A stretch of 64,000 nucleotides of DNA, counting the filler, from an uncultured bacterium (lineage in GTDB: Bacteria > CAYJOG01), in NCBI GenBank assembly GCA_964371695.1. It is 17 parts of 17 records of this genome, joined end to end, with 100 filler letters (N's around TTAATTAATTAA, not from the genome) between each part and the next. Parts side by side here need not be neighbours in the genome. Positions count along the whole stretch, not along the records: positions 50,012 to 53,721 come from CAYJOG010000362.1; positions 53,822 to 57,528 come from CAYJOG010000363.1; positions 57,629 to 61,328 come from CAYJOG010000364.1; 14 more parts are not named here. One strand, 5' to 3'. The position numbers and the translations under genes are program-made. Of this stretch, positions 50,032 through 58,984 are shown piece by piece. The notes beneath the pieces were generated by a model. It made no database searches. It saw only the letters and a program-made list of their open reading frames with translations, and had not been told where the DNA came from. The number at the start of each line of letters is the position of its first letter. The stretch's first letter is position 1.

Positions 50032-50879
50032 CCACGCTGGATAACTTTGTGCGCTCGCTGTTTGAATACGACCACGCTGTGCCGGTGACGGTGACCAAGG
50101 GCAAGGTCGAAACCAAAGAAGGTGTGCGCTTCACCCACGTCACCTTCATCTCGGTGCTGGACAAACCCGTCACCACCTGGCTGGTGGAAAAACCCGGCCA
50201 GACCCCCACGCGCCTGGCCATCATTCAGCACGGCAACAGCGACAGCAAAGAGCAGACCCGCCACCAGCATCTCGCGGCGCGTCTGGTGAAGGAGATGGGC
50301 TATGCCGTCATCCTCACCGACGCCATGTATCACGGCGAGCGCACCAGCCCCCTGGTGGGCAAATGGAGCGGCAAGCACCTCATGGAGCGGCCCAATGCGC
50401 TGCGGGACATTTTTCTGCAAACCGTGCGGGACCACCGCCGCGTGATTGACGGCGCACGGGAACACCTGGGCCTGAACCTGCCCGTCACCTACATCGGCGA
50501 AAGCCTGGGCACCCTCATGGGCACGGCGCTGCTGTCGGTGGAAAAACGCATTGACCGGGGCGTGCTGCTGGTGGGCGGGGCCGACCTCACCAAAATCATG
50601 CCGCTCTCGCGGGGCCTGAAGGGGTTTGAGGAACTGCGCCACGTAATCGACCCCTTCTTTCACGTGCCCGCCATCAAAATGCCCGTGCTCATGCTCAACG
50701 GCAAACTGGACGTGCTGTTCCGCCCCGACGACGCCGAGCGCATGTACGCAGGTCTTGGCTCCGCACAAAAAAAACTCGTGTGGTTCGAGACCGGCCACAC
50801 CATTCCGCCCGACGACGTGTTCGGCGCCATTCAGCAGTGGAGCAAAGAGTTGGACGCCGCCGCGCCGAAACAGCCGTGA
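50032..50879 (+). CDS. Alpha/beta hydrolase (dienelactone hydrolase/esterase-like), 5' truncated
   Basis: QHG, YHGER, GESLG, NGKLD, GH. Confidence 0.8.
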
Positions 50880-50914
50880 TAGGAAAAACTGGCCTTTGCC
50901 GTTAAAATGCAGGC

Positions 50915-51157
50915 ATGGCACAGGCGTTGAGACAGGAAACCGTGGTGCTGCCGGGTGGACGGGTGCAAATTGATTCGCCTGCGCTGCGGGAGGGTGCGCG
51001 GGTGGAAGTGATCGTGCTGAGTGAAGACGCACCCCGCACGCGGCCCGTGTCTGATTTTTGGGGCAAAGGGGCTGGCCAGTTCAAGAACACGCAGGAAATC
51101 GTGGACTGGGTGCGCGCCTTGAGAGATGAATGGGATGAGCGGGCACCGGCTGAGTGA
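50915..51157 (+). CDS. Putative type II antitoxin
   Basis: Small ORF coupled (GTGA) to PIN toxin; C-terminal EIVDWVRALRDEWD. Confidence 0.7.
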   Translation: MAQALRQETVVLPGGRVQIDSPALREGARVEVIVLSEDAPRTRPVSDFWGKGAGQFKNTQEIVDWVRALRDEWDERAPAE

Positions 51158-51591
51158 GCGCGGCGGCGATCAGGAAATTTTATCTGGACACCAACGTTGT
51201 GATCGCCATTGTGGAAGGCCGCGAAGACCTGCGTGTTCAGGTCGAGTGCCTGTTTGAGGCCATTGGGGCACAACAGGCGCTTGCCATCACCAGCCAACTC
51301 ACATGGGCGGAATCGTTGGTGCTGCCGCTGAGAAATCATGACACGACGCTGAAGAACCGTTTTGACGGCTTGTTCTGTGAACTGACAGGGCTTGAAGTGA
51401 AACCGGTGGATCTGGGGGTGCTGATGACTGCGGCGCAACTCAGGGCAGACCTGGGGGTCAAAATGCCAGATGCCATTCATCTTGCCACGGCCCTCATGAC
51501 GGGTTGCGAAGGCGTATTGAGCGAAGACCGCCGGATGCCTTCATTGCCCAACCTCCCTGTCCAACCATTACACGGGTGGCGCTTCACTTGA
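51154..51591 (+). CDS. vapC: PIN-domain VapC toxin
   Basis: YLDTNVVI, T.AE, PDAIHLATA, SEDR. Confidence 0.88.
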   Translation: MSAAAIRKFYLDTNVVIAIVEGREDLRVQVECLFEAIGAQQALAITSQLTWAESLVLPLRNHDTTLKNRFDGLFCELTGLEVKPVDLGVLMTAAQLRADLGVKMPDAIHLATALMTGCEGVLSEDRRMPSLPNLPVQPLHGWRFT

Positions 51592-52166
51592 AAATCGGCC
51601 TCACCGGCAACATCGCCTGCGGCAAAAGCACCGTGGCCCGCGTGCTGGCGCAGCACGGCTGGACCCACATTGACACCGACCAACTGGCCCGCGAGGTGGT
51701 GGCCCCCGGCAGCGAGGGCCTGCGCCGCATTGTGGAGACTTTCGGCCCCGGCGTGTTGTCGCCCACCGGTGAACTCAACCGCGAGGCCCTGGGGCAGGTG
51801 GTGTTTGCCGACGCCGAAAAACGGCGACTGCTCAACGCCATCACGCACCCCGCCATTGCCCGCCTCACGCTGGAGCGCATGGCGGCGGCCCCCGGCCACG
51901 TGGTGGTGAGCGTGCCCCTGTTGTTTGAGGCGAACATGCAGGGGATGTTTGATGAAGTGTGGGTGGTGGCAGCCAGCGAAGACACACAACTGGGGCGCAT
52001 CATGGCCCGCGACGGCCTGCCCGAAGACCAAGCCCGCGCCCGCATGGCCGCCCAGGCCCCCCTGGGGCCTAAAATGACCGCCGCCCATGAGGTGTTCCAC
52101 AACAATGGCTCGCTGGACGAACTCATCACGCAGGTGCAGGGCCGCCTTGCGGCGCGGGGGTTGTGA
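51588..52166 (+). CDS. coaE: Dephospho-CoA kinase
   Basis: IGLTGNIACGKST, LN.ITHP.I, VPLLFE, R..ARDG, Q.P. Confidence 0.93.
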   Translation: MKIGLTGNIACGKSTVARVLAQHGWTHIDTDQLAREVVAPGSEGLRRIVETFGPGVLSPTGELNREALGQVVFADAEKRRLLNAITHPAIARLTLERMAAAPGHVVVSVPLLFEANMQGMFDEVWVVAASEDTQLGRIMARDGLPEDQARARMAAQAPLGPKMTAAHEVFHNNGSLDELITQVQGRLAARGL

Positions 52167-52170
52167 GCGG

Positions 52171-53139
52171 GTGCGGTTCTGGCTGTTTTTTACGGCGCTG
52201 TTTTTTTTGTTTCCGGCGGTGTCGGTGGCCCAGCCCCTGATGCTGTGGGAAGAACCCCTGGCCGAAGAACCGCTGGCCATGGACACCGCAGGGGGCGACC
52301 TGCTGCTGATGTTTCAGGACGAGTCCCGACGTTTGACGTTTGAAGGGGCCATGGTGGAAACCCTGACTTTTTCGGCGTTCCCCAAAGACGAAACCAGCGG
52401 TGTTTTTCACACCCGCAGCACCAGCGGTGGCCTGGGGCTTGCGCTGCACCCCCGCGAGGGCAAACTCACCCTCACCACGCCCCTCAGCGGCAGCCAGACT
52501 TTTCCGCTGCCGCCCAGCCAGGGATATTTCAGCCGGGCCGTGGTGGGGGCCGGGGGCAGAACGGCGCTGCTTTATCCACAGAAATCCCTTGGCCCCTCGG
52601 AGCGCGCCGTGGTGCTGTGGCTGGATGCCGCCGGTGAAACGCTGCTGCGCTATGTGCATGACCGCCCCGTGGAAAACCCCACGGCGGCCCTGAGCGGCAA
52701 CGAGCATTTCGCGGCGTTTGCCGATGCCGACCGCCTGCTGGTGCTGAGCCGTCAGGGCGTGTTGCGGGATATTCGCCAGACCACTGGCCAGCGGGGCTGG
52801 GTGTCGCCCCAGATTCTGCTGGCCGGTGAACTGCGGGTGGTGGTGGTGCAGAGCGGCGGCGACGCGCCCTTTGCCGAGGGCTGGAGCCTGGATGCCCGGC
52901 CGCTCTACCGGGTAAACTTGCCTTTCACCATGACCTGGAGCTACACCGAAGGCGCACCCGTGGCCGTGGGGTTGTCCCCACAGGGCGGCCCGCCGGTTTT
53001 GCTGAACGTGATGAGCGGCGAACTGAAGGAAGTGCCGGGCGTGGGCGAGAACCTGCTGTTTGCCCAGACCGACGAAACCGGGGCCATGCTGGCCACGGTG
53101 GATGGCGGCGCGCTGCGCCTGTGGCTGGTGAGTGAATGA
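52171..53139 (+). CDS. Hypothetical exported protein (beta-rich)
   Basis: Signal-peptide-like N-terminus, host codon usage. Confidence 0.55.
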   Translation: MRFWLFFTALFFLFPAVSVAQPLMLWEEPLAEEPLAMDTAGGDLLLMFQDESRRLTFEGAMVETLTFSAFPKDETSGVFHTRSTSGGLGLALHPREGKLTLTTPLSGSQTFPLPPSQGYFSRAVVGAGGRTALLYPQKSLGPSERAVVLWLDAAGETLLRYVHDRPVENPTAALSGNEHFAAFADADRLLVLSRQGVLRDIRQTTGQRGWVSPQILLAGELRVVVVQSGGDAPFAEGWSLDARPLYRVNLPFTMTWSYTEGAPVAVGLSPQGGPPVLLNVMSGELKEVPGVGENLLFAQTDETGAMLATVDGGALRLWLVSE

Positions 53140-53400
53140 TACCAATTCATAACCGAGATGGCGCTAAGCTGAGCCAGACTTGGCCAGCCAGGGCAAGAGG
53201 AACATGGCCAAAAGGGAGGCGAAATTGGTATGAATTCATGGATGAATTCGCATCGAACGCCGAGGCCCCAAAAGGGCCGCAGGCGTTCGCGGCGCAAGTA
53301 GGCTTTGCCTGCGCTGCGCCGGGCCGCAGCCATTCAGGACGAATGGCAAGGCCAATAAAAGATTACAATTCATGTTATTTTGAATTGGAATCGACATGAG
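53137..53400. repeat. Structured intergenic repeat upstream of thiS
   Basis: ATACCAATT..AATTGGTAT inverted ends in the first part; 53289-53400 matches 61441-61553. Confidence 0.75.
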
Positions 53401-53605
53401 CGGTTTTTCCATTTCACTCAACGGCGAAGACCACGCCCTGCCCCAGGCGCTCACGCTGCGGGAACTGGTGGCGTTTCTGGGGTTGTCTGAAAAGGGCCTG
53501 GGTCTGGAGCACAACGGCCAGATGGTTCCCCACGACGCCTGGGACACGCTCCCCCTCGCCCCCGGCGACAGGGTGGAAGTGGTGCGCTTTGTGGGGGGGG
53601 GCTGA
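53396..53605 (+). CDS. thiS: Sulfur carrier protein ThiS
   Basis: I.LNGE, E.NG..VP...W..L..GDRVEVV.FVGGG C-terminus. Confidence 0.92.
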   Translation: MSGFSISLNGEDHALPQALTLRELVAFLGLSEKGLGLEHNGQMVPHDAWDTLPLAPGDRVEVVRFVGGG

Positions 53606-53868
53606 GCATTTTCAAAAACAGCACTGTCTCTCAATTCCTCCCGCCCGGAGTAGCGGGGGGGGGGGGGGGGGGGCGGGGGGCGGGCGAGATTTAATGGTTT
53701 TTTTTGTTGGGGGGGGGGGGGNNNNNNNNNNNNNNNNNNNNNNNNNNNNNNNNNNNNNNNNNNNNTTAATTAATTAANNNNNNNNNNNNNNNNNNNNNNN
53801 NNNNNNNNNNNNNNNNNNNNNATATTGCCCCTCCGGCTATTGGCGCGGGAGGTGGAACAATTATTCAG

Positions 53869-54645
53869 TTGAGCACCGAAGAGTTTGAAGCCCTGCGGGC
53901 TTTTGTGCGGGAAAAAGCCGGGTGGGATTTCGCCGCCGACGCAAAAACCACCGTGGAAATGCGCCTGGGGCGGTTCAGGGGCAAGGCGAATCACCCTGTT
54001 CACAATCAGGGTGCGCTGCTGCTCGATGCCCTCACCGTGCAGGAGACCTATTTCTTCAGGGAGGAAGCGGCCATCGGTGGATTTTTGAAAGCGGCCAGAG
54101 AGCTGTGGGTTCCCAGCCGCCCCCTGCGGCTGTGGAGCGCCGCCTGCGCCACCGGCCAGGAGCCTTACACACTGGCCATTTCAGCGCTGGAAAACGGCCT
54201 GCCGGTGGAGATCCATGCCAGCGACATCAGCCTCACTGCGCTTGAAAAAGCCAAGTCGGGCCAATACCTGCCTTTCGAAGTGGGCCGTGGCATGGCCGAA
54301 AACCGCCTGAACACGTTTTTCGAAAAAGACGACACCCACTGGCGGATTCAGCCCAGGGCGAAAAACCTGGTTCAGTTTTTTCAGCACAACCTGCTGCATC
54401 CCCCGCCGACCCACCTGCCACTGATGGACATCCTTTTTTGCCGCAACGTGCTTTATTACTTTTCTGCCGCCAAACGTGAAGCCGCGCTGCAACACCTTGC
54501 CCGTCAGTTGCGGCCAGGGGGTTATCTGGTGCTTTCGGCCACAGAAAACCTGTGGCGACTGGAGGACTGGTTTCTGCCGGTGGACATGGGGGGCGTCACT
54601 TTTTATCAACGCACAACAAACCAGATGCAGCAGACCGTTGAATAA
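53869..54645 (+). CDS. cheR: Chemotaxis methyltransferase CheR
   Basis: ETYFFRE, WSAACATGQEPYTLA, ASDIS, HNLL, FCRNVLYYF. Confidence 0.9.
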   Translation: MSTEEFEALRAFVREKAGWDFAADAKTTVEMRLGRFRGKANHPVHNQGALLLDALTVQETYFFREEAAIGGFLKAARELWVPSRPLRLWSAACATGQEPYTLAISALENGLPVEIHASDISLTALEKAKSGQYLPFEVGRGMAENRLNTFFEKDDTHWRIQPRAKNLVQFFQHNLLHPPPTHLPLMDILFCRNVLYYFSAAKREAALQHLARQLRPGGYLVLSATENLWRLEDWFLPVDMGGVTFYQRTTNQMQQTVE

Positions 54646-54796
54646 AAAGCTGCGGGCGCATCAAACCTCTGCCTGAAGCGGTCAAAATAAAACCAGACTG
54701 CCCTTCACCACAACTGGATATTTCTATCCTGAAGAGAAAACCATATTGCTTAAAAAGACATTCCGGGCAAGCACAGTATCCAATCCTGGATAATAA

Positions 54797-54811
54797 TGAT
54801 ATTGATTATCA
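54797..54811. promoter_or_regulatory. Fur-box-like 7-1-7 inverted repeat at STAS gene start
   Basis: TGATATT-G-ATTATCA within GATAATAATGATATTGATTATCAT. Confidence 0.6.
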
Positions 54812-55200
54812 TGGCTCCCTTTTCTTCAAACAGTCGCGTCATCCTCGAACACAAGGGAGGCTACTACCTGCTGACGCTGCCCAACCGCCTGCATTTTCAG
54901 GACAGTGACGCCCTGCTTGGGGTTTACGAGCATCTCAAGAAAAAAGAGGGGCGGCATCAACTGGCGGTGGACCTGAACCAGACCGTTTTTCTGGATAGCC
55001 GCTCACTGGGCCAGTTGGCCCGTATCGGGAGTCTTTTGCGTGCGTCCAGCGGCCGCATGGCCACCGTGGGGGCCAACCCAAAACTCAGTGAGATGTTCAA
55101 CCTCACCCAGTTGGGCGATTTTCTGGAGACCTACCCGGACTTCGGCCAGCTTCAGTCTGCTTTTTCGCCCGGCGCTGAAGTAACTGGAAGTCTGGACTGA
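54811..55200 (+). CDS. STAS-domain protein (anti-anti-sigma-like)
   Basis: VDL..T.FLDS..LG.L, F.LT.L...L. Confidence 0.8.
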   Translation: MAPFSSNSRVILEHKGGYYLLTLPNRLHFQDSDALLGVYEHLKKKEGRHQLAVDLNQTVFLDSRSLGQLARIGSLLRASSGRMATVGANPKLSEMFNLTQLGDFLETYPDFGQLQSAFSPGAEVTGSLD

Positions 55201-55206
55201 AGTGGG

Positions 55207-56196
55207 TCAGGGAAACCAGAAACCGGATTGAATCAATAGGGCTGCCCGGCGGGGTTCGTCGCCCGGCGGCAGATTTTTGGTGGAAGGCGCGGATGACCAG
55301 AGGGGTGAAAGTTTACCAGTGGCTGCGTCCCACCAACCCAGCAGGCGGCTCAGCACCTCCAGCCCGCAGGCCGCCAGCACGGGCCAGCGGCCCACTGGCG
55401 TGCCCGCCCAGGTCCACCGCAGCAGGCACCTGGCCATGGGCCACCACTCGTGAAGGTGATAACGGGGGCAAAGCCCCTCTCTGCGCAACACCACAAAACC
55501 AGCGGCCAGTGAACGCCTGCGTTTGAGGTATTCCCCCACCCGTCCCGGCCCCAGGTTGAACACCACGGCCTGGGGCGCGTAAGTCACCCGGCCGCCCCGC
55601 TGCCGGGCCATTTCGCACAGGGCGGGTTCATCCACCAGCACCTTTTGTGGCCAGGGCGGCGGCAGATTTTTCAGCAGCAGCATCTCCCCGGCCCGGGGCC
55701 GGGCCAGGGCCGCAGCGTGGTGCAGCGCCCACAACACATGCACCACCCGGCCAAAACCGGCGGCCTCATTCAGGGGCACCACGCGGGGGCCAACCACTTC
55801 GGCCATTCCATCGCCAGGCGTTAATTGGCGCAACAGTTCCGGCAACAGATTTTCGGCGGGCAAAACATCCGCAGAGAAAACAAACCAGGGGGTCTTTGGG
55901 TCGTCTTCAAGCGATTCAAAAAAACCGCGCATGGCAGGCCATTTGCCTCTGGCGACAGGGTTTTCCAACACATGCAGGCGGTCGTCTCCCTGGCCCGCAG
56001 ATCTGGCCAGTGCAGCGGTGCCATCGGCGGCGTCATCCACCACCACCACCAGTTTTGCGAGCGCACCAGCGCTCCTTTGCGCCAAAAGAGCCTGCACCAG
56101 CGCGCCGATGTTGCCTGCCTCGTTGCGGGCAAAAATCACCGCCCCTGGCAGAGGGCCGTGGGGCGGGGCGGGTCCGTCTTCATGCAGGGCGGCCAC
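55207..56196 (-). CDS. Glycosyltransferase family 2 protein
   Basis: ARNEAGNI, VV.DD.ADGT, GK, F.AD, VDE, RR motif. Confidence 0.8.
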   Translation of the reverse strand: MAALHEDGPAPPHGPLPGAVIFARNEAGNIGALVQALLAQRSAGALAKLVVVVDDAADGTAALARSAGQGDDRLHVLENPVARGKWPAMRGFFESLEDDPKTPWFVFSADVLPAENLLPELLRQLTPGDGMAEVVGPRVVPLNEAAGFGRVVHVLWALHHAAALARPRAGEMLLLKNLPPPWPQKVLVDEPALCEMARQRGGRVTYAPQAVVFNLGPGRVGEYLKRRRSLAAGFVVLRREGLCPRYHLHEWWPMARCLLRWTWAGTPVGRWPVLAACGLEVLSRLLGWWDAATGKLSPLWSSAPSTKNLPPGDEPRRAALLIQSGFWFP

Positions 56197-56214
56197 TCGG
56201 AACCGGCCCCGCGC

Positions 56215-57525
56215 TCAGCGCACCACCGTGATGACGCCCTGCTGCAACCTTCCCTGCGGCTTTCCGTCTTTCACCCACACACGATAGGGCTGATACAGCA
56301 CCTTCCAGGTTTTCACGGGTTTGCCCGCCGGGTTCAACACGCGGTAATGGACTTCGTACAACTGCTGGCCCCCCTGGGGACCAAGGGCCTGTATCACCGT
56401 GTCCATAACCCGCATGAACTCCGCGTCCATCTGGTTTTTCAGTGCGGATTTACCCGCATAAACCGAAGCGTGGGCCAGCACCAGTTTTTCGCCTTTGCCA
56501 GGGAAATCCACCACACGGGGTTTGATGCCCGCCTTGGCCAGGGCAGACCGCAGCGCCGCTGACTTGGAGGGAAAACCCACCAGGGCGTGGGTGGGGGGAA
56601 TGGGCTGGGCCGGTTTTTTGGCCGCTGGCGGCGGAAAAGGCGTGGCCGGTTTTGCCTTGGGGGCGGGGAGGGGTTTTTTCGCCGCAGGTTTTGCCTGAGT
56701 GGTTTTCTGTTTTGTTGGCAGCCCCGCAGGCTTCACGCTTTCGCTCAGGTCAGCCGAAGGACTGAGGGGCGCTGAGGCGGACAGGGATTTGACCTCGCGG
56801 GCCTCGGGCAAGTCAAACCCCACCAGCGACGCCAGTTCACGGCACTGGACAGGGGCTTTATCGCAGTGCAACTCCAGCACCTTTTTGCCCAGAATTTTTT
56901 GCGTCTCACCCAGGGCAGGTTTCTGCGCCTGGGACTGCTCCGCCAATTGGTTCAAGAAGTCCTTGATCAGCCCTTCATTCCAATACCGCCCATCCACCTT
57001 CTCCAAAAACGCTTTGGCGTGTCGCGGGTTTTCCTGAGCGTATTCCAGGGCATGGTGGTCCAGCATCATGAAGGTGTCCGCCACCACCTGCTGGTGTTTG
57101 CCGGGGGCGAAAATTTTGAGAAACCAGTTGTTCTTTTCGATTTGCCCGGCCTTGGCATAAAGGGCGTTCAGGCGCAGCACCTTTTCCTGAAAGGTGCCCG
57201 TTTCTTCAAACGCCTTGATTTCCCGGTCCAGCGTCAGGTTGCCCCAATTGGAAACCACCAGCGCCACCATGGCCACCGTGGCGCACACCGCCACCAGCCA
57301 CTGCCACTGGCGGCTGTTTTGCCTGCGCTTCATGATTTTCCGTTTGCGTCTTGCTTCGGGGCTGGCCACTGGCGAGGGCGGAACCGGAATGGGCGGCAAG
57401 TCTTCTGCGGCGGCAACGCCCGCCACAGGGACCGGGGATTCGAGGGGAATAACGGGAGCCACCGAGGGCGCGGCCCCGGCGCTGGGAGGCTCGATGTCTG
57501 AGAGCAGGTGATCCAGGTCAGGCAT
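56215..57525 (-). CDS. Hypothetical membrane-anchored protein (5' end at contig edge)
   Basis: Pro-rich N-terminus, basic patch, one TM, Lys/Pro linker, small C-terminal domain. Confidence 0.6.
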   Translation of the reverse strand: MPDLDHLLSDIEPPSAGAAPSVAPVIPLESPVPVAGVAAAEDLPPIPVPPSPVASPEARRKRKIMKRRQNSRQWQWLVAVCATVAMVALVVSNWGNLTLDREIKAFEETGTFQEKVLRLNALYAKAGQIEKNNWFLKIFAPGKHQQVVADTFMMLDHHALEYAQENPRHAKAFLEKVDGRYWNEGLIKDFLNQLAEQSQAQKPALGETQKILGKKVLELHCDKAPVQCRELASLVGFDLPEAREVKSLSASAPLSPSADLSESVKPAGLPTKQKTTQAKPAAKKPLPAPKAKPATPFPPPAAKKPAQPIPPTHALVGFPSKSAALRSALAKAGIKPRVVDFPGKGEKLVLAHASVYAGKSALKNQMDAEFMRVMDTVIQALGPQGGQQLYEVHYRVLNPAGKPVKTWKVLYQPYRVWVKDGKPQGRLQQGVITVVR

Positions 57526-57628
57526 GGTNNNNNNNNNNNNNNNNNNNNNNNNNNNNNNNNNNNNNNNNNNNNTTAATTAATTAANNNNNNNNNNNNNNNN
57601 NNNNNNNNNNNNNNNNNNNNNNNNNNNN

Positions 57629-58045
57629 CAAGAAACGCGGCTGCGGGGCGAAGCCCGCGCCCTGCTGGAGAATCTGGACAAAGACCTGCTGGCCCGTGAA
57701 AACGAACTTGCCGCCAGTCTGCCCTATGCCCACCGGCGGCGGCTGGAAATCGCCCGCGCCCTGGCTACCCGCCCCAGGCTGCTGCTGCTGGACGAACCGG
57801 CGGCAGGCATGGACCACGCTGACGCCCTGCTGCTGGCCCAGGACATTCTGCGGTTGCAGCAACAGGGCCTGAGCCTGATCGTCATCGAGCACAACATGAG
57901 TTTCATCCGCCACCTCAACAGCACCGTGGCGGTGCTGGCCCAGGGCCGGGTCATCACCCAGGGAACCTTTGAAGAAATCAGCAATCATCCCCAGGTCATC
58001 AGCGCCTATCTGGGCGAAGAACAGCCAGAGGACCGCCATGCTTGA
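57629..58045 (+). CDS. livG: Branched-chain amino acid ABC ATPase LivG-like, 5' truncated
   Basis: LPYAHRRRLEIARALA..PRLLLLDEPAAG, IEHNM, P.VI.AYLG. Confidence 0.85.
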   Translation, partial: QETRLRGEARALLENLDKDLLARENELAASLPYAHRRRLEIARALATRPRLLLLDEPAAGMDHADALLLAQDILRLQQQGLSLIVIEHNMSFIRHLNSTVAVLAQGRVITQGTFEEISNHPQVISAYLGEEQPEDRHA

Positions 58046-58745
58046 AGTGCGCAGCGTGGTGGCCGGTTATGGCCGGGGACTGGATGTGCTGAAGGAGATC
58101 AGCCTCGCGGTGGCCCCCGGCGAGGCGGTGTGCCTGCTTGGCCCCAACGGCGCGGGCAAAACCACGCTCATGGCGGCCTTGAGCGGCCTGTTGCCCCTGC
58201 GGCGCGGCGAGGTGTTGTTTGAGGGGCAGGCCATTCACCGGCTGGCCGCCGAAGAACGGGTGCGCCGGGGGCTGGTGCTGGTGCCCGAAGGCCGCCGGGT
58301 GTTCCCCCGCCTCAGCACACAGGAAAACCTGCTGGCGGGCGCGCATCTGGTCAAAGACAAAGCCGTGGTCAAACAGCGTCTGGATAAAGTGCTGGGCATT
58401 TTTCCGCGCCTTGCCGAGCGCCTGCACCAACCGGCGGCCACCTTCAGCGGAGGTGAGCAACAGATGCTGGCCCTGGGGCGTGCGCTCATGTCCGGCCCCC
58501 GTCTGCTGCTTCTGGATGAACCCAGCATGGGCCTGGCCCCCACCATCGTGCAGCAGGTTTATGGTGTGCTGGGTGACCTGGTGCGAGAGGGGCTCACGGT
58601 GTTGCTGGTGGAGCAGAACGCCCACATGGCCCTGCGCCTGACCCAGCGGGCCTATCTGCTCAACCAGGGCCGGGTCATCAAAGAGGCAGAGGCCGCCAGC
58701 CTGCGTGGCACGGACGAAGTGGAGAAGTCTTATCTGGGGGACTGA
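58038..58745 (+). CDS. livF: Branched-chain amino acid ABC ATPase LivF-like
   Basis: GPNGAGKTT, VPEGRRVF, SGGEQQMLA.GRALM, LDEPSMGLAP, VEQNA. Confidence 0.9.
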   Translation: MLEVRSVVAGYGRGLDVLKEISLAVAPGEAVCLLGPNGAGKTTLMAALSGLLPLRRGEVLFEGQAIHRLAAEERVRRGLVLVPEGRRVFPRLSTQENLLAGAHLVKDKAVVKQRLDKVLGIFPRLAERLHQPAATFSGGEQQMLALGRALMSGPRLLLLDEPSMGLAPTIVQQVYGVLGDLVREGLTVLLVEQNAHMALRLTQRAYLLNQGRVIKEAEAASLRGTDEVEKSYLGD

Positions 58746-58751
58746 CCCGAA

Positions 58752-58963
58752 CATTGCTGTCAGGTTCATAAAAAAAACGAGGAATTGCAAGGCTTTTTAA
58801 CGTAGCCCCGGCGTCTCGCCGGGAGTATTTGCCGCGCCAGAGGCGCGCGCCTTATTTCTCTCTTTCCGTTATTTCCCAGAAAAAACAGTTGTTTTGCGCC
58901 GCCTGCGGCGGTTTTTATTCTCCCGGCGAGACGCCGGGGCGACAGATTAACCTGACAGCAATG
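58752..58963. mobile_element. MITE with perfect 15-bp TIRs, internal REPIN and 12-bp target-site duplication
   Basis: CATTGCTGTCAGGTT..AACCTGACAGCAATG flanked by GACTGACCCGAA at 58740-58751 and 58964-58975. Confidence 0.9.
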
Positions 58964-58984
58964 GACTGACCCGAAACCGGGGTC

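Noticed and set aside
53137-53395. TPP riboswitch upstream of thiS
   Set aside because: No CTGAGA or ACCTGA..AGCGNAGG core visible; the region instead matches a dispersed repeat.
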